From Escherichia phage vB_EcoM_E9, in sequence record PP886229: a stretch of DNA of 64,000 nt, one strand, 5' to 3'. How positions within the stretch are numbered: the stretch's first letter is position 1; every line of letters starts with the position of its first letter. Positions 25,553-41,997 of the stretch are shown in pieces. The notes under the pieces were generated by a model. It was not told the DNA's origin. It searched no databases and saw only the letters and a program-made list of their open reading frames with translations. The translations under genes were made by a program, and so were the position numbers.

Positions 25553-26905
25553 ATGTGGAATCCAATTGTTAATGTAGATATTACATTGAACACCGCAGGA
25601 ACTACAAGAGAAGGTTTTGGGCTACCACTATTTTTAGCTTCAACAGATAACTTTGAAGAAAGAGTCCGTGGTTACACTTCCTTAACTGAAGTTGCTGAAG
25701 ATTTCGATGAAAATTCTGCTGCATATAAGGCTGCTAAACAACTTTGGAGTCAGACTCCTAAAGTAACCCAGCTTTATATTGGTAGACGTGCTATGCAGTA
25801 CACTGTATCAATTCCTGACTCTGTTACTGAAAGTACAGATTACTCTTTAACTGTAGCTGTGAGCGGTGGAATCTCTCAGCCATTCCAGTACACTTCACAG
25901 GCATCAGATACCGCTGAGAAGGTGCTACAGCAGCTTAAAACACAGATTGAAGCAGAACCTTCTGTAAAAGACCTTGTTACTGTCAATGTAACTGGTGCTG
26001 GCGGTTCAGCAACAATGGTAATCACCAAAGCTGGCGACAATGACTTCGTGAAGGTTACTACTACAGCACAAACAGTGTCAATTGCAAGCACAACTGCTGA
26101 CACAGCATCGACTGCTCTGGCAGCTATTGAAGCTTATTCAACTGACTGGTATTTCATTGCAGCAGAAGACAGAACTCAACAGTTTGTCTTAGCAATGGCT
26201 TCTGAGATTCAAGCTCGTAAGAAGATTTTCTTTACAGCTAACTCTGATGTAGCAGCACTGCAAGGTACAGAATTAGCCAGTGCAAATGACGTTCCAGCAC
26301 AACTTGCTAAGAATAAGTACACTCGTACAGTTTGCTTGTGGCATCACACAGCAGCAGAAGATTATCCAGAAATGGCATACATCGCTTATGGTGCTCCATA
26401 TGATGCAGGTTCAATTGCTTGGGGTAACGCACAGTTAACTGGTGTAGCTGCTTCTCTACAGCCATCTAATCAGAGACCTCTGACAAGTATTCAGAAGTCA
26501 GCTTTAGATGCACGTCACTGTAACTTTATTGACCTTGATGGTGGTGTTCCAGTGGTTCGTAGAGGGATTACTTCTGGTGGGGAATGGATTGATATCATCC
26601 GTGGTGTTGACTGGTTAGAATCAGACCTGAAAACTTCTCTGAGAGACTTGCTAATTAACCAGAAGGGTGGTAAGATTACTTATGATGATACTGGTATTAC
26701 CCGTATTCGTCAAGTCATTGAAACCTCTCTGCAAAGAGCAGTCAACAGAAACTTCCTGTCATCTTACACAGTTAATGTTCCTAAAGCCTCTCAAGTTGCT
26801 TTGGCAGACAAGAAAGCTCGCATCCTGAAAGATGTTACCTTCGCAGGTATCTTAGCAGGGGCTATCTTGGATGTTGACTTGAAAGGTACAGTGGCTTACG
26901 AATAA
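25553..26905 (+). CDS. tail sheath protein (putative)
   Basis: 450 aa ORF directly upstream of a ~150 aa tube-sized ORF, chaperones and tape measure. Confidence 0.5.
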   Translation: MWNPIVNVDITLNTAGTTREGFGLPLFLASTDNFEERVRGYTSLTEVAEDFDENSAAYKAAKQLWSQTPKVTQLYIGRRAMQYTVSIPDSVTESTDYSLTVAVSGGISQPFQYTSQASDTAEKVLQQLKTQIEAEPSVKDLVTVNVTGAGGSATMVITKAGDNDFVKVTTTAQTVSIASTTADTASTALAAIEAYSTDWYFIAAEDRTQQFVLAMASEIQARKKIFFTANSDVAALQGTELASANDVPAQLAKNKYTRTVCLWHHTAAEDYPEMAYIAYGAPYDAGSIAWGNAQLTGVAASLQPSNQRPLTSIQKSALDARHCNFIDLDGGVPVVRRGITSGGEWIDIIRGVDWLESDLKTSLRDLLINQKGGKITYDDTGITRIRQVIETSLQRAVNRNFLSSYTVNVPKASQVALADKKARILKDVTFAGILAGAILDVDLKGTVAYE

Positions 26906-26920
26906 TAGAGGTAAATTGGA

Positions 26921-27367
26921 ATGGCTATGTATCAGCAATATTCCCCTAAAGACGTTGTGTGTAGCTGGAATGGTATTGCCATTGAAGGCTTTGCCCCAGA
27001 CTCATTCTTACGTCTACAGAGAACATCACCACTTGTGACACCAGTTGTAGGTGCAGGTGGTCAAGTTGCTCTGACAAGAAATGCAGACAAGACAGGTACT
27101 ATTGAGATTGAGTTAATGCAGACTTCTCTCTCTAATCAGATGCTTTCTGCAATTCAAGCTAAACAAGACAATATGGAACTTGAAGAAGATATCTCTTCTA
27201 ACTTCGTAATCTACGACCCATCAGGCTCTGTTCTGGCAACCGGTATTAATGCTTGGTTGCAGGAATTACCACAGATTGAACTTGGTCGTGACCAGAACTC
27301 TAAAACTTGGATTTTTGGTTGTGAGAAGCTAGACTACACTTCTACAATTCCAGCGTCAAGTGTTTAA
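26921..27367 (+). CDS. tail tube protein (putative)
   Basis: 148 aa ORF between sheath candidate and chaperones. Confidence 0.45.
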   Translation: MAMYQQYSPKDVVCSWNGIAIEGFAPDSFLRLQRTSPLVTPVVGAGGQVALTRNADKTGTIEIELMQTSLSNQMLSAIQAKQDNMELEEDISSNFVIYDPSGSVLATGINAWLQELPQIELGRDQNSKTWIFGCEKLDYTSTIPASSV

Positions 27368-27378
27368 TAAATCCTATA

Positions 27379-27411
27379 AGGGGGAGACTTTAAAAGGTCT
27401 TCCCCTTTTTT
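27379..27411 (+). terminator. Hairpin GGGGGAGAC...GTCTTCCCC followed by T-run
   Basis: Imperfect GC-rich stem followed by TTTTTTGTTTCTTTT. Confidence 0.5.
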
Positions 27412-27440
27412 GTTTCTTTTAAAAGTATTAAGGAATCACA

Positions 27441-27839
27441 ATGAAAACAGAATCTAGAGTAATTAATGGTAAGAAAGTAAATATCGTTCTGCTTGGGGCA
27501 AGAGATGGTATTAAGATGTCTATGAAGTTGGGTAAAATTGTTGTTCCAACATTTGCACAGATGCTGTCAAGCCTGACTGATAAAGATAAGAAAGAAGCTC
27601 CGATGGTTCCGTTTAAAGAACTTGTTGAAGCTTGTTTTGACAGAATTGAAGAAATTAACCTTGAAGAAATGGCTACCCTGTTATTTCAAGGGGCAACTGT
27701 TGATGACTTCCCACTTAATATTGATACATACTTCCAAGCAAACTATGGTGAATTTATTGATTACTTAGCATTTGCGCTGGAGGCAAACTTCGGAAGTTTT
27801 TTCGAAGCAAGCATTTTCAAAAGCCTAACTTCTCAGTAA
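27441..27839 (+). CDS. tail assembly chaperone (putative)
   Basis: 132 aa acidic ORF immediately upstream of tape measure. Confidence 0.45.
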   Translation: MKTESRVINGKKVNIVLLGARDGIKMSMKLGKIVVPTFAQMLSSLTDKDKKEAPMVPFKELVEACFDRIEEINLEEMATLLFQGATVDDFPLNIDTYFQANYGEFIDYLAFALEANFGSFFEASIFKSLTSQ

Positions 27840-27841
27840 AC

Positions 27842-28080
27842 ATGGGTAATACTCTACAGACACCACTGACTGATGCTGCTGTAGAGGCAACCTATGAAGA
27901 AGCAGACGAGATGAAATTTGTGCTTGCTATTTATGGTATGGAAGGGTGTAAAGAAACACTTGACCAACTCTTTGCTATGACATTCTCTGATTTATTATCA
28001 TTGAGACAATTTCTTGAAATTCAGAGGTCGTATAAAGAGGAAATTGCTTACAACGAACTTAGAAGAGCAGGAAAAATGTA

Positions 28081-28081
<1 letters not shown>
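27842..28081 (+). CDS. tail assembly chaperone, second small ORF (putative)
   Basis: 79 aa ORF between chaperone and tape measure. Confidence 0.4.
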
Positions 28082-33465
<5,384 letters not shown>

Positions 33466-33466
<1 letters not shown>

Positions 33467-34935
33467 TGGCAGGACTAACTACAACAGGATTACAAACTCT
33501 AAGATATCAGGAGATTTTTGATAATATCAAATCAAGACTTCTTAGAGATATTTCACCAAACCTTGACGTTTCTGAAGATAGTCAATTAGGACTCTTCCTA
33601 GCTTCAATTGCAAGGTCTTTAGCAGATACTCATGAGATTCTATCAGAAGTCTACGATGGGGGTACAATTGATAAGGCTGAAGGCTTTAACCTTGATGATA
33701 TTACAGCTTTAAATGCGGTATACAGATATGTTGCTCAGGCAACAAGAGGTCAAGTTGAGTTTACTGGAACGACTGGTGCTACCATTCCTTCAACAACAAG
33801 ATTAAGAAGTACTGCCGGAAACATCTTTTATCCAGTTAATAATATTACCCTTACTCCATCATATTGTGTTGAAGCTGTCCTTGAAGTTAACTCTTTACGA
33901 ACTGATGCAGATTATGTTATTATTATTGATAACGTCATTTTCTCATATAAACCAACCTCATCAGACACAATCACCACACTTCTAACAAAATTAGCAGAAG
34001 CTATTAATGGTGGTATTGTAGCAAAAGCAGAAGTTATTAATGATGGAGCCGCACTAAGAGTCTATAAAGACGAGGGTGATATCATTGCAAGAACAAACCC
34101 TATGGTTGTCACTGCAACAACATTTCTGACCTTTACAAAAATTACAACTATTTCAGATGTAGTAGCTGAAGAGGTTGGTGCTACCCCTGCTTTGGCTGGT
34201 ACGCTTATTGAGATTGAGACAACTGTTGATGGTCTTGACAGTATTTATAACAGGTATGACTTAACAACTGGTAGAAACGAAGAAACTGACACAGAACTTA
34301 GACAGAGATATTTAGAGTCTTTAGCAGTTACTGGTGTAGGGACTTTGGATGCAATTGTAGCTGCTGTTAAAAGAGTTCAAGGTGTCTCAGATGCTTCAGG
34401 TGTTGAGAATGATACTGAAGAGACAAGCTCAGAAGGTCTTCCACCAAAATCTTTTAAGATTGTTGTAGTTGGTGGTCAAAATGATAATGTTGCTCAAGCA
34501 ATCTGGGATACAAAACCTGCTGGTATTAGGGCTTATGGCTCAATTTTTGGTACAGCCCATGATTTAGGTGGTTTGGCACATAATATTTATTTTAGCAGAC
34601 CAACACCAAAATACGCATTTGTTAAAGTCTCTTACTCTTTATATGATGAAGAAAGCTTGACAATCCCTGAAGAGGATATCAGAGACAGCATTGTACAAGG
34701 TATTAATGCCTACGGAAGAACTCTTAAGGTTGGTAATGATGTTATCCCTAACAGAATCTATGGACATATCTATGACGTAATTAAAGGTATTGAGATTAAT
34801 GAAGTTAAAGTAGCATTATCAAATAGCCAATCAGTTCCACCTAGTGACGGGCAGTATACTACAGCAAGAATTACTGTTGACGGTGACCAATATACTGTTT
34901 GGGAAAGCAGTCAGTATACCATCACTAAGGAGTAA
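33466..34935 (+). CDS. baseplate J-like protein (putative)
   Basis: 489 aa ORF in baseplate position. Confidence 0.5.
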
Positions 34936-34937
34936 TA

Positions 34938-35792
34938 ATGTTTGAAAAGATTGATAGTGTTTATTACAAAACACTTGATGAAAGGACTGTAACACAGTTT
35001 AAAGATAAATTTATCTATACAAGTATCTTGAAAGCAATCACTGATGAGTTACAAACTCTAGAGGATGTTTGCTGGCAGATGCACACAGAGAGAAATATCA
35101 GGACGTCAGTAGGCCAACAACTGGATAATATTGGCTCACTGATTAAAGTTCCTAGACCTTTAGGTGCAGATGATGAAACATATAGAGCTATGCTTTATAT
35201 CCAAATCTTCCTAAGACGCTCTGACACCACCCCAACATTCTTGCAAAAAGCAATTATGACACTATATGGTGCAACTTTCTCTCAGATTTTTGAGCATATT
35301 ACTCCTAAGACTGGTGGTATCGTTATCCGTATCAACACTAGGAAAAGCGTTCTAGATGCTGCATATACACTGTCAAAGATTTCTGCAACAACTACTGGCT
35401 CCGCTGTTATCTTAAGAGATGTTACTTTAAAAGGAACTGCTTGGACTCCTGTAGAGGTTGCTGATTCATCACTTGCTATTGTTGATGATAAAGAGAACTG
35501 GTTTGTAACTGACGCTAACAGAGGTCTTGTCACAAATAACACTGGTGGCTCTCTGGAGTCCAACCTAGTAGGGAGCCTTGCAGATGCTGGTGTTATTGAT
35601 GGTTACTTTAAGGTTGACAGAACAGCAAACTCACAGAGTGATGATTATATGACTGTAGATAGGTCTAATAACAGTGGATATTTCATCGTTGGTAAAGAAG
35701 CTATCGCAGGTGGTGCATACGGAATCATGGCTGAGGTTGCACAAATTGTCAAAGGCAGAAAAGATAAATCACAACAAGAAGGAAATTCTTAA
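34938..35792 (+). CDS. baseplate/tail-fibre attachment protein (putative)
   Basis: 284 aa ORF. Confidence 0.4.
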   Translation: MFEKIDSVYYKTLDERTVTQFKDKFIYTSILKAITDELQTLEDVCWQMHTERNIRTSVGQQLDNIGSLIKVPRPLGADDETYRAMLYIQIFLRRSDTTPTFLQKAIMTLYGATFSQIFEHITPKTGGIVIRINTRKSVLDAAYTLSKISATTTGSAVILRDVTLKGTAWTPVEVADSSLAIVDDKENWFVTDANRGLVTNNTGGSLESNLVGSLADAGVIDGYFKVDRTANSQSDDYMTVDRSNNSGYFIVGKEAIAGGAYGIMAEVAQIVKGRKDKSQQEGNS

Positions 35793-36094
35793 TGGCAGTT
35801 TTAAATTGGTCTACAAATGAAGTAGATACTGATGGTAACCAGTTAAAAGTTTTACCACCACCGGAAGTTCAAGAGACAGGTCTTTTAAAGGGTGAGCCTA
35901 TGGGTAGACAGTGGTTCAACTATATTATCAACTACCTGCTTAATAAAGTAAACGGCACTGTTGGTGAAGTTCGCTCATATGCAACTGAGCAACCAGATTT
36001 AGTGGCTAATGGCTGGAATCTGATTAAGTCTGAGACAGGGACTGCATCAACAAGTACAAGAAACCTTTACACATATGAATATGTAGGAGCTTAA
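35792..36094 (+). CDS. hypothetical tail protein
   Basis: 100 aa ORF. Confidence 0.4.
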   Translation: MAVLNWSTNEVDTDGNQLKVLPPPEVQETGLLKGEPMGRQWFNYIINYLLNKVNGTVGEVRSYATEQPDLVANGWNLIKSETGTASTSTRNLYTYEYVGA

Positions 36095-36096
36095 TA

Positions 36097-37272
36097 ATGG
36101 CAGTAGGTGAAATTCAAATCAGTGCCTTGCCACAAGCGGCCTTACCAGTTGATTTAAGTGATATCTTCCATCTTAAGCAAGGTGTTGAGGATAAAAGATG
36201 TACGCTTGAACAGTTGTTAGCACCTCACGCATCTCTGAGGAATAACCCTCATGGTGTAACCAAATCACAAGTGGGTCTTGATAATGTTATTAACTCTCTT
36301 CAATTAGTTGCAGCTAATAACTTATCAGATATTGTGAATGTTGCTGAGGCAAGAGCAAATCTACAAATTATGTCGTCAGAGGAAGTGAATAACTTAATTC
36401 AGCAACATATTGACGATAAAAGTAACCCACACAATACAACGAAAGCACAAGTTGGATTAAGTAATGTTCAGAACTGGACAACATCTAATCTGTACAATGA
36501 AGATGCTGATAAGTATGCTACCGCGAAAGCAGTTAATAATTTATACAAAGCTATCCAAGCGTCATATCCAGTAGGGACTATTCATCTATCTGTTAACTCT
36601 GCTAACCCATCCACTTACTTGCTTTGTGGAGGTACTTGGGAGTTAGTTTCTAAAGGTAGAGCACTAGTTGGTTATGATACAGATTCTAGACCTGTTGGTT
36701 CAACGTTTGGTTCTCAGACTGTAGCATTAACAAATAATAATTTACCAGCACATACCCACTCTATCTATCTAACAGGTGGTGGTCATACACACTCTGCAAG
36801 TGTATCTATCTCTAGTTTTGATTATGGTTCAAAAAGTACATCAACTTTTGATTACGGTACAAAAACGACTAATAGTGCTGGTGCTCACACTCACACGTTT
36901 AGTGGCACAACAAGTAATGCTGGTAACCACAACCATAGAGTCCCTATGAGGGGTAATGATAGGGGTGGCACAAACGCTATTACTGCATCTGCTGATGCTG
37001 GTGTTGGTAATGCTATGTATACTGATTTAGCTGGTGCTCACACCCATAGCTTCTCAGGTACAACTGCATCATCTGGTGCTCATAGCCATACTGTCGCAAT
37101 TGGTGCTCACAGCCACACTGTTAATATTGGTTCGCACAGTCATACAGGAACTGTTACTGTTTCTAGCTCTGAGCATACACACTCAGGGACATCTGGTTCT
37201 GTTGGTGGTGGTCAAGCTTTCAGTGTTGAGCAGCCATCTTTTGTAGTGTATGTGTGGCAGAGAACAGCTTAA
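36097..37272 (+). CDS. tail fibre protein with C-terminal His-x-His repeat region
   Basis: 391 aa; C-terminal HTHSIYLTGGGHTHSAS ... GAHSHTVAIGAHSHTVNIGSHSHTG. Confidence 0.65.
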   Translation: MAVGEIQISALPQAALPVDLSDIFHLKQGVEDKRCTLEQLLAPHASLRNNPHGVTKSQVGLDNVINSLQLVAANNLSDIVNVAEARANLQIMSSEEVNNLIQQHIDDKSNPHNTTKAQVGLSNVQNWTTSNLYNEDADKYATAKAVNNLYKAIQASYPVGTIHLSVNSANPSTYLLCGGTWELVSKGRALVGYDTDSRPVGSTFGSQTVALTNNNLPAHTHSIYLTGGGHTHSASVSISSFDYGSKSTSTFDYGTKTTNSAGAHTHTFSGTTSNAGNHNHRVPMRGNDRGGTNAITASADAGVGNAMYTDLAGAHTHSFSGTTASSGAHSHTVAIGAHSHTVNIGSHSHTGTVTVSSSEHTHSGTSGSVGGGQAFSVEQPSFVVYVWQRTA

Positions 37273-37318
37273 TTTCTTTACAGGGGCTATAAAGCCCCTT
37301 TTAAGAGGAAAATTTATA

Positions 37319-39868
37319 ATGGCAGATTACAAATTGAGTCAATTAAACTCAATCGACACAATTCGTTCAGAAGACCTATTGCACATCAGAGTTAAGAAAA
37401 GACCTGAAATGTTGGGTGACGAAGACCGTAGAATGACCTATCAAGACTTCTTAGCTTCTTTCAAACTTGAAAGATTTGTTCAGATTGCTGGTAGTACTAT
37501 GACAGGTGACTTAGGTATTGTTAAGTTACTTTATGGTGGTAAGGCAGTATTTGACCCAACAGGCTCTTCTGAGGTTACTATTGGGGATGTTTTAAAGACT
37601 TTTAAAATTAACGCAAATGGTCTTAAACTAGCTATTGCAGATGCTTCAAGGTCAGCAACTGTTTATCATACTCTGAATAAACCAAGTCCTAATGAGCTTG
37701 GGATGAGAACTAATGAAGAGAATGATGAAAGATATGCAAGGCTTGCTATCACAAATAACTTCAGCATTAGGCAAGCAATCGTAACTGATGGTGAGCAGTT
37801 AACTCTTAAGAAGGCAACCAATGCAGGTGCTTCATATATTCAAGGTAGAGATGCTAATAACCAGCAAACTTGGTATGTTGGACAGGGAAATGCAAACAGC
37901 AATAATGTTTATTTGTACAATCATACTACTGGTGCAATGTTAACCCTTGATGCAACAGCAGCATTTAATAAGTCACTTAGAATTGCTGGTCAAGTTCAAC
38001 CTTCGGATTTCTCTAACTTAGATGCCAGATACTTTACTCAGACAGTTGCTAATCAGAGATTTGCACAGTTAGCTGGTAATAACACTTTTACAGGTGCTAA
38101 TACATTTAGGACTATGAGTATTATCTCAAATGCTGCTGCTATCACACTACAATGTGCATCAGCAAACGAATCCCTGTATCTACTTGCAAAAGATTATCAA
38201 GGTGGTAACTTATGGTATGTTGGTAAAGGTAGCTCAGGTGATGGTGTAACTATCTACAACTATACCACTAACACCTCTTTGGTCTTAGATGCTGCTGGAG
38301 TATCAGCAAATAAAAATGTCAGAATCACTGGACAAGTTCAACCTTCAGATTGGGCTAACATTGACTCTAGATATATTCCGGCAGCAACATTAAGTACAAT
38401 TGCAAGAACTAATGCAAGGAATACTTTTAATGGTGTACAGACAGTTGTTACGGATAATGAAGGTCTGATTGTTAAAAACTCTACTCAGAATAGACCATTA
38501 TATATTCGTGGTGTGGACACTACTAATGTATCAAGATGGTGGATTGGTGTTGGTGGTGCTGATACGAATGATGTTACCCTAAATAACAGTTATTCTGGAA
38601 CCCAATTGGTTCTCGGGAATACAACATCATACATTAACAAAACATTGACTATTGCTGGACAAGTTCAACCTTCAGATTTCTCTAACTTAGATGCTAGATA
38701 CTTTACGCAAAGTGCTAGTGATAGCAGATACCTAAGAATCAGAAGCACTAGCTTCAATGTGGGAAACACTGATAAGTGGGCTAAAATTGCCACTGTTGTT
38801 ATGCCACAATCAGCATCCACTGCTGTTATTGAGGTATTTGGTGGGTCAGGTTTTAATATTAATACACCAAACCAAGCAGGTAAATGTGAAATTGTTCTGC
38901 GAACTTCAAATAACAACCCAAAGGGCTTAAATGTTGTTGCTTGGAGAACATCAGATAACACCATTGTCAGGGATATTGGTTATGTGAATACTTCTGGAGA
39001 CACCTATGATATTTACTATCTTGCTGGTACGTATCAAAACGGCACAACGACAAGGGTTCAGTCTTCTAGTAATGCAAGTGTACAGTTGTTTGAAGTCCCA
39101 CAGACATTTGATGATGCTCCACAAGGTATTGTGAAGGGTACAATTGCAAAATACTACACAAGTTTGCAAAAACCAACCCCTTCAGATATTGGTGCATACA
39201 CTAAAGCAGAGACTGACCAGAAAATTGCAGATGCAATTAGTGACTCTACAGACCTGAATAAAATCTACCCAGTAGGTATTGTAACGTGGTTTAACAGCAA
39301 TGTTAACCCTAATACAGCACTTCCTGGGTTAACTTGGACGTACCTGAACAATGGTGTGGGTAGAACTATTAGAATTGCAGCAGCAAATGGTTCAGATGTT
39401 GCTACAACTGGTGGTTCAGACTCTGTAACGTTATCTGTTGGTAACTTACCTTCACACACGCATAGCTTCTCTGCTACCACTTCATCATTTGATTATGGTA
39501 CTAAGACTTCTAGCACAACTGGTAACCATAACCACAACAGGGGGACTATGGAGATTACTGGTACAGTAGGTTACTTCAGAAGTGATTCTAGCAGCTTCTA
39601 CACAGCAAGTGGTGCATTCACACTTGGTAGTTCAACTGCTTCTAAAGGTTTTACTGGTTCTAACTTCACTTATGGTATCCCTGCTAACTTCAATGCGTCA
39701 AGAACTTGGTCTGGTGTAACGAATACAACAGGTAACCACAGCCACACTGTTGGTATTGGTGCTCACAGCCACACAGTTAGCGGTAACACAGGTGGTACTG
39801 GTTCTGGTTCAGCATTTAGTGTTACTAACCAGTTCTACAAGTTAATGGCTTGGGTAAGAACTGCTTAA
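37319..39868 (+). CDS. long tail fibre protein with three internal repeats and C-terminal His-x-His repeat region
   Basis: ~850 aa; repeat (R/T)I(A/T)GQVQPSD(F/W)(S/A)N(L/I)D(A/S)RY at three positions; C-terminal GNHSHTVGIGAHSHTV; ATG 37319 after AAGAGG RBS. Confidence 0.7.
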   Translation: MADYKLSQLNSIDTIRSEDLLHIRVKKRPEMLGDEDRRMTYQDFLASFKLERFVQIAGSTMTGDLGIVKLLYGGKAVFDPTGSSEVTIGDVLKTFKINANGLKLAIADASRSATVYHTLNKPSPNELGMRTNEENDERYARLAITNNFSIRQAIVTDGEQLTLKKATNAGASYIQGRDANNQQTWYVGQGNANSNNVYLYNHTTGAMLTLDATAAFNKSLRIAGQVQPSDFSNLDARYFTQTVANQRFAQLAGNNTFTGANTFRTMSIISNAAAITLQCASANESLYLLAKDYQGGNLWYVGKGSSGDGVTIYNYTTNTSLVLDAAGVSANKNVRITGQVQPSDWANIDSRYIPAATLSTIARTNARNTFNGVQTVVTDNEGLIVKNSTQNRPLYIRGVDTTNVSRWWIGVGGADTNDVTLNNSYSGTQLVLGNTTSYINKTLTIAGQVQPSDFSNLDARYFTQSASDSRYLRIRSTSFNVGNTDKWAKIATVVMPQSASTAVIEVFGGSGFNINTPNQAGKCEIVLRTSNNNPKGLNVVAWRTSDNTIVRDIGYVNTSGDTYDIYYLAGTYQNGTTTRVQSSSNASVQLFEVPQTFDDAPQGIVKGTIAKYYTSLQKPTPSDIGAYTKAETDQKIADAISDSTDLNKIYPVGIVTWFNSNVNPNTALPGLTWTYLNNGVGRTIRIAAANGSDVATTGGSDSVTLSVGNLPSHTHSFSATTSSFDYGTKTSSTTGNHNHNRGTMEITGTVGYFRSDSSSFYTASGAFTLGSSTASKGFTGSNFTYGIPANFNASRTWSGVTNTTGNHSHTVGIGAHSHTVSGNTGGTGSGSAFSVTNQFYKLMAWVRTA

Positions 39869-39947
39869 TCACTTGTTGACTGATTGTTAAGATGGTGTTA
39901 ATATTCTTTATGGGTATTCTCACCATCTTGGCTGATGAGGTGATTAA

Positions 39948-40145
39948 ATGCCTACAATCCTAGCAATTCTTCTAAAAAATCTAGGTAGCTTCTTCTGGAA
40001 ACTCATTTTATCCCTTCTAAGTGAATACATGATTGAGAAAGTGTTCTTTAGGCTTGCAAGATACCTTGCGAGTAAAACAGACACACCTATTGATGATGAG
40101 TTCGTAGATAACTTAGAAAAAGCTTTTAAGGGGGAAAATAAATGA
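39948..40145 (+). CDS. small hydrophobic protein (holin-like candidate)
   Basis: 65 aa with N-terminal hydrophobic helix. Confidence 0.35.
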   Translation: MPTILAILLKNLGSFFWKLILSLLSEYMIEKVFFRLARYLASKTDTPIDDEFVDNLEKAFKGENK

Positions 40146-40513
40146 AGTGGCTAGAGGAAGCTTTTAAAAATAATATTGGTGCAATTGTAGTTGGTATTTT
40201 TAGTGTTATTGGGATGTATACCACCATGCAAGTTTCAAGTGGTAAACAAGAAGTGTCTGTCACAACAAAGTTACAGCAGCTAGATAACTATTCCAAAAGT
40301 AATTATTCAGCTATTCGTGATTTACAGTCTGACATGAGATTGATTCAGCTAGGGATGGAGAACCAGAAAGTTCAGTTAGAGAATGTTAAGGGTGAGAATG
40401 CAAAACTTACCAAAACTCTTGATAAGTTCTCTGATAGTGTGAACAATCTGGCTCAGTCAGTATCAGCCTTGCAAGCTATTACTGAAAAGAACACAAAGAA
40501 TACTGAAAAATAA
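40142..40513 (+). CDS. membrane-anchored coiled-coil protein (spanin-like candidate)
   Basis: 123 aa; N-terminal TM helix IGAIVVGIFSVIGMY then coiled-coil-like region. Confidence 0.4.
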   Translation: MKWLEEAFKNNIGAIVVGIFSVIGMYTTMQVSSGKQEVSVTTKLQQLDNYSKSNYSAIRDLQSDMRLIQLGMENQKVQLENVKGENAKLTKTLDKFSDSVNNLAQSVSALQAITEKNTKNTEK

Positions 40514-40520
40514 AATTTTA

Positions 40521-40547
40521 AGGCTCCTTTTTACGGGAGCCTTTTTT
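40521..40547. terminator. Bidirectional Rho-independent terminator between convergent gene blocks
   Basis: GGCTCCTTTTTACGGGAGCC hairpin flanked by A-run and T-run. Confidence 0.65.
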
Positions 40548-40550
40548 GTT

Positions 40551-41450
40551 TTATTTACCTACTGACAGAGGTGCTTCAATCTTTCCTGCATGTTGGTAGT
40601 TGTTAATGCCACCAACAAAGTCACTTGCAGTGAGATGTTTTAAGTCACTTAAAGTGTTAAGTGGGATACCAATCTCAAAAGTAGGTGCATGGAACTCTTC
40701 ATTGTTCAGTAGTTCATAAACCTGTTTCATGTGGTTCTGATAAATCTGGGTATCTCCAAAGACACCTATCAAGTACCGTGGAGTGTATCCAGTCATCTTA
40801 CAAAGAACTTCCAGAATAAAGCCATAAGATGCAATATTAAACGGAAGTCCTAAAAAGGTGTCTACAGAACGCTGATACCATTGTAAGTCAACTTCACCCT
40901 CGTTAGTGATATAAATCTGAAACAGAACATGACAAGGTGCTAAAGCCATTGAGTTTGCTGCAATATCTGCTGCATTCCAAGCATTAACAAGCATGTAACG
41001 GTCTGTGATATCACCCTTCATCTTTGTTACTAAGGTCTCTAACTGGTCTACAACACAACCATTATGACCTTCAAAGTTTCTCCACTGAACCCCGTAGATT
41101 CTTCCACCTGCATCTTCTAACCAATCTTGTTCAGAAGAGTAATTAGAGCTTAACCAGCGTTTAAAATCATCTGACCAGATTGTCCAACGTTCTCCATCAT
41201 TTTCACCCCAAGTGCGGTAACGGAGTTCACCCAGCTTATTCTCACCATTCAGGAACCATAAAGCTTCCCCAATAACTTGCCGTGTAAACACCTGTTTAGA
41301 TGTTAAGAGTGGGAAACCAGTTCGCATATCAAAACGAAACTTAGGTGGAGCAAATGCAGAGATAACATCTCCAGTTCGTGTAGTACGCAGTTCACCAACG
41401 GATAAAACATGGTTCAGGATATTTTTGTAACTTGAGTCTGCTTGTGACAT
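40551..41450 (-). CDS. thyA: thymidylate synthase (ThyA family; dUMP hydroxymethylase not excluded)
   Basis: ALAPCH active-site Cys and YQRSVDTFLGLPFNIASY motifs. Confidence 0.75.
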   Translation of the reverse strand: MSQADSSYKNILNHVLSVGELRTTRTGDVISAFAPPKFRFDMRTGFPLLTSKQVFTRQVIGEALWFLNGENKLGELRYRTWGENDGERWTIWSDDFKRWLSSNYSSEQDWLEDAGGRIYGVQWRNFEGHNGCVVDQLETLVTKMKGDITDRYMLVNAWNAADIAANSMALAPCHVLFQIYITNEGEVDLQWYQRSVDTFLGLPFNIASYGFILEVLCKMTGYTPRYLIGVFGDTQIYQNHMKQVYELLNNEEFHAPTFEIGIPLNTLSDLKHLTASDFVGGINNYQHAGKIEAPLSVGK

Positions 41451-41451
41451 A

Positions 41452-41997
41452 TCAAAAGTGTCCTTTTACTTGTGGTGTATAGATATCAAAAGTTGCTTTT
41501 CCATCTGCTGATGGTCTTGACTGAATCTTAGCAAAAATTTTACGGTCATGCAACTTGTCAAAGAAGTTCTCAAAAGGTAGATACACAGTTGCCTCTTCAG
41601 TCACTTCATGGAAAACTGTATGAAACACTACATCAGCATACGGTAAAGCACTGACAAGAATACCTGCACCACCAATTACGAAAACATCTTCTTCAATATT
41701 ACTGTCAAGATACTTTAAAAATGCTCCAAAAGAGTCTTGATGAGCTTTAGCAAACATAACATCATCTTTACTAAAATCTATACCATAATAAGGCACAGAG
41801 TTTGTTAAGATAAGGTTTTCACGTTCAGGTAAAGGATTACTTCCCAGAGTCTTGAAAGTCTCGTTACCCATTACTACTAAGTTATCTTTAGTGAGTCTCT
41901 TAAACTCTTGCATGTCCTCTTTATGTCGAGGCCACGGCATACCAGTTGGAGTACCAAACTCCCCATTTTCACCACTTGCAAAGATTAACTTAATCAT
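41452..41997 (-). CDS. dihydrofolate reductase
   Basis: GMPW, VVMGNETFKTL and VIGGAGI motifs; adjacent to thyA. Confidence 0.7.
   Translation of the reverse strand: MIKLIFASGENGEFGTPTGMPWPRHKEDMQEFKRLTKDNLVVMGNETFKTLGSNPLPERENLILTNSVPYYGIDFSKDDVMFAKAHQDSFGAFLKYLDSNIEEDVFVIGGAGILVSALPYADVVFHTVFHEVTEEATVYLPFENFFDKLHDRKIFAKIQSRPSADGKATFDIYTPQVKGHF

Noticed and set aside
37250-37318. ORF-track start at 37250 for the long tail fibre gene
   Set aside because: It overlaps the end of the upstream fibre gene and is not preceded by an RBS; ATG at 37319 follows an AAGAGG RBS.
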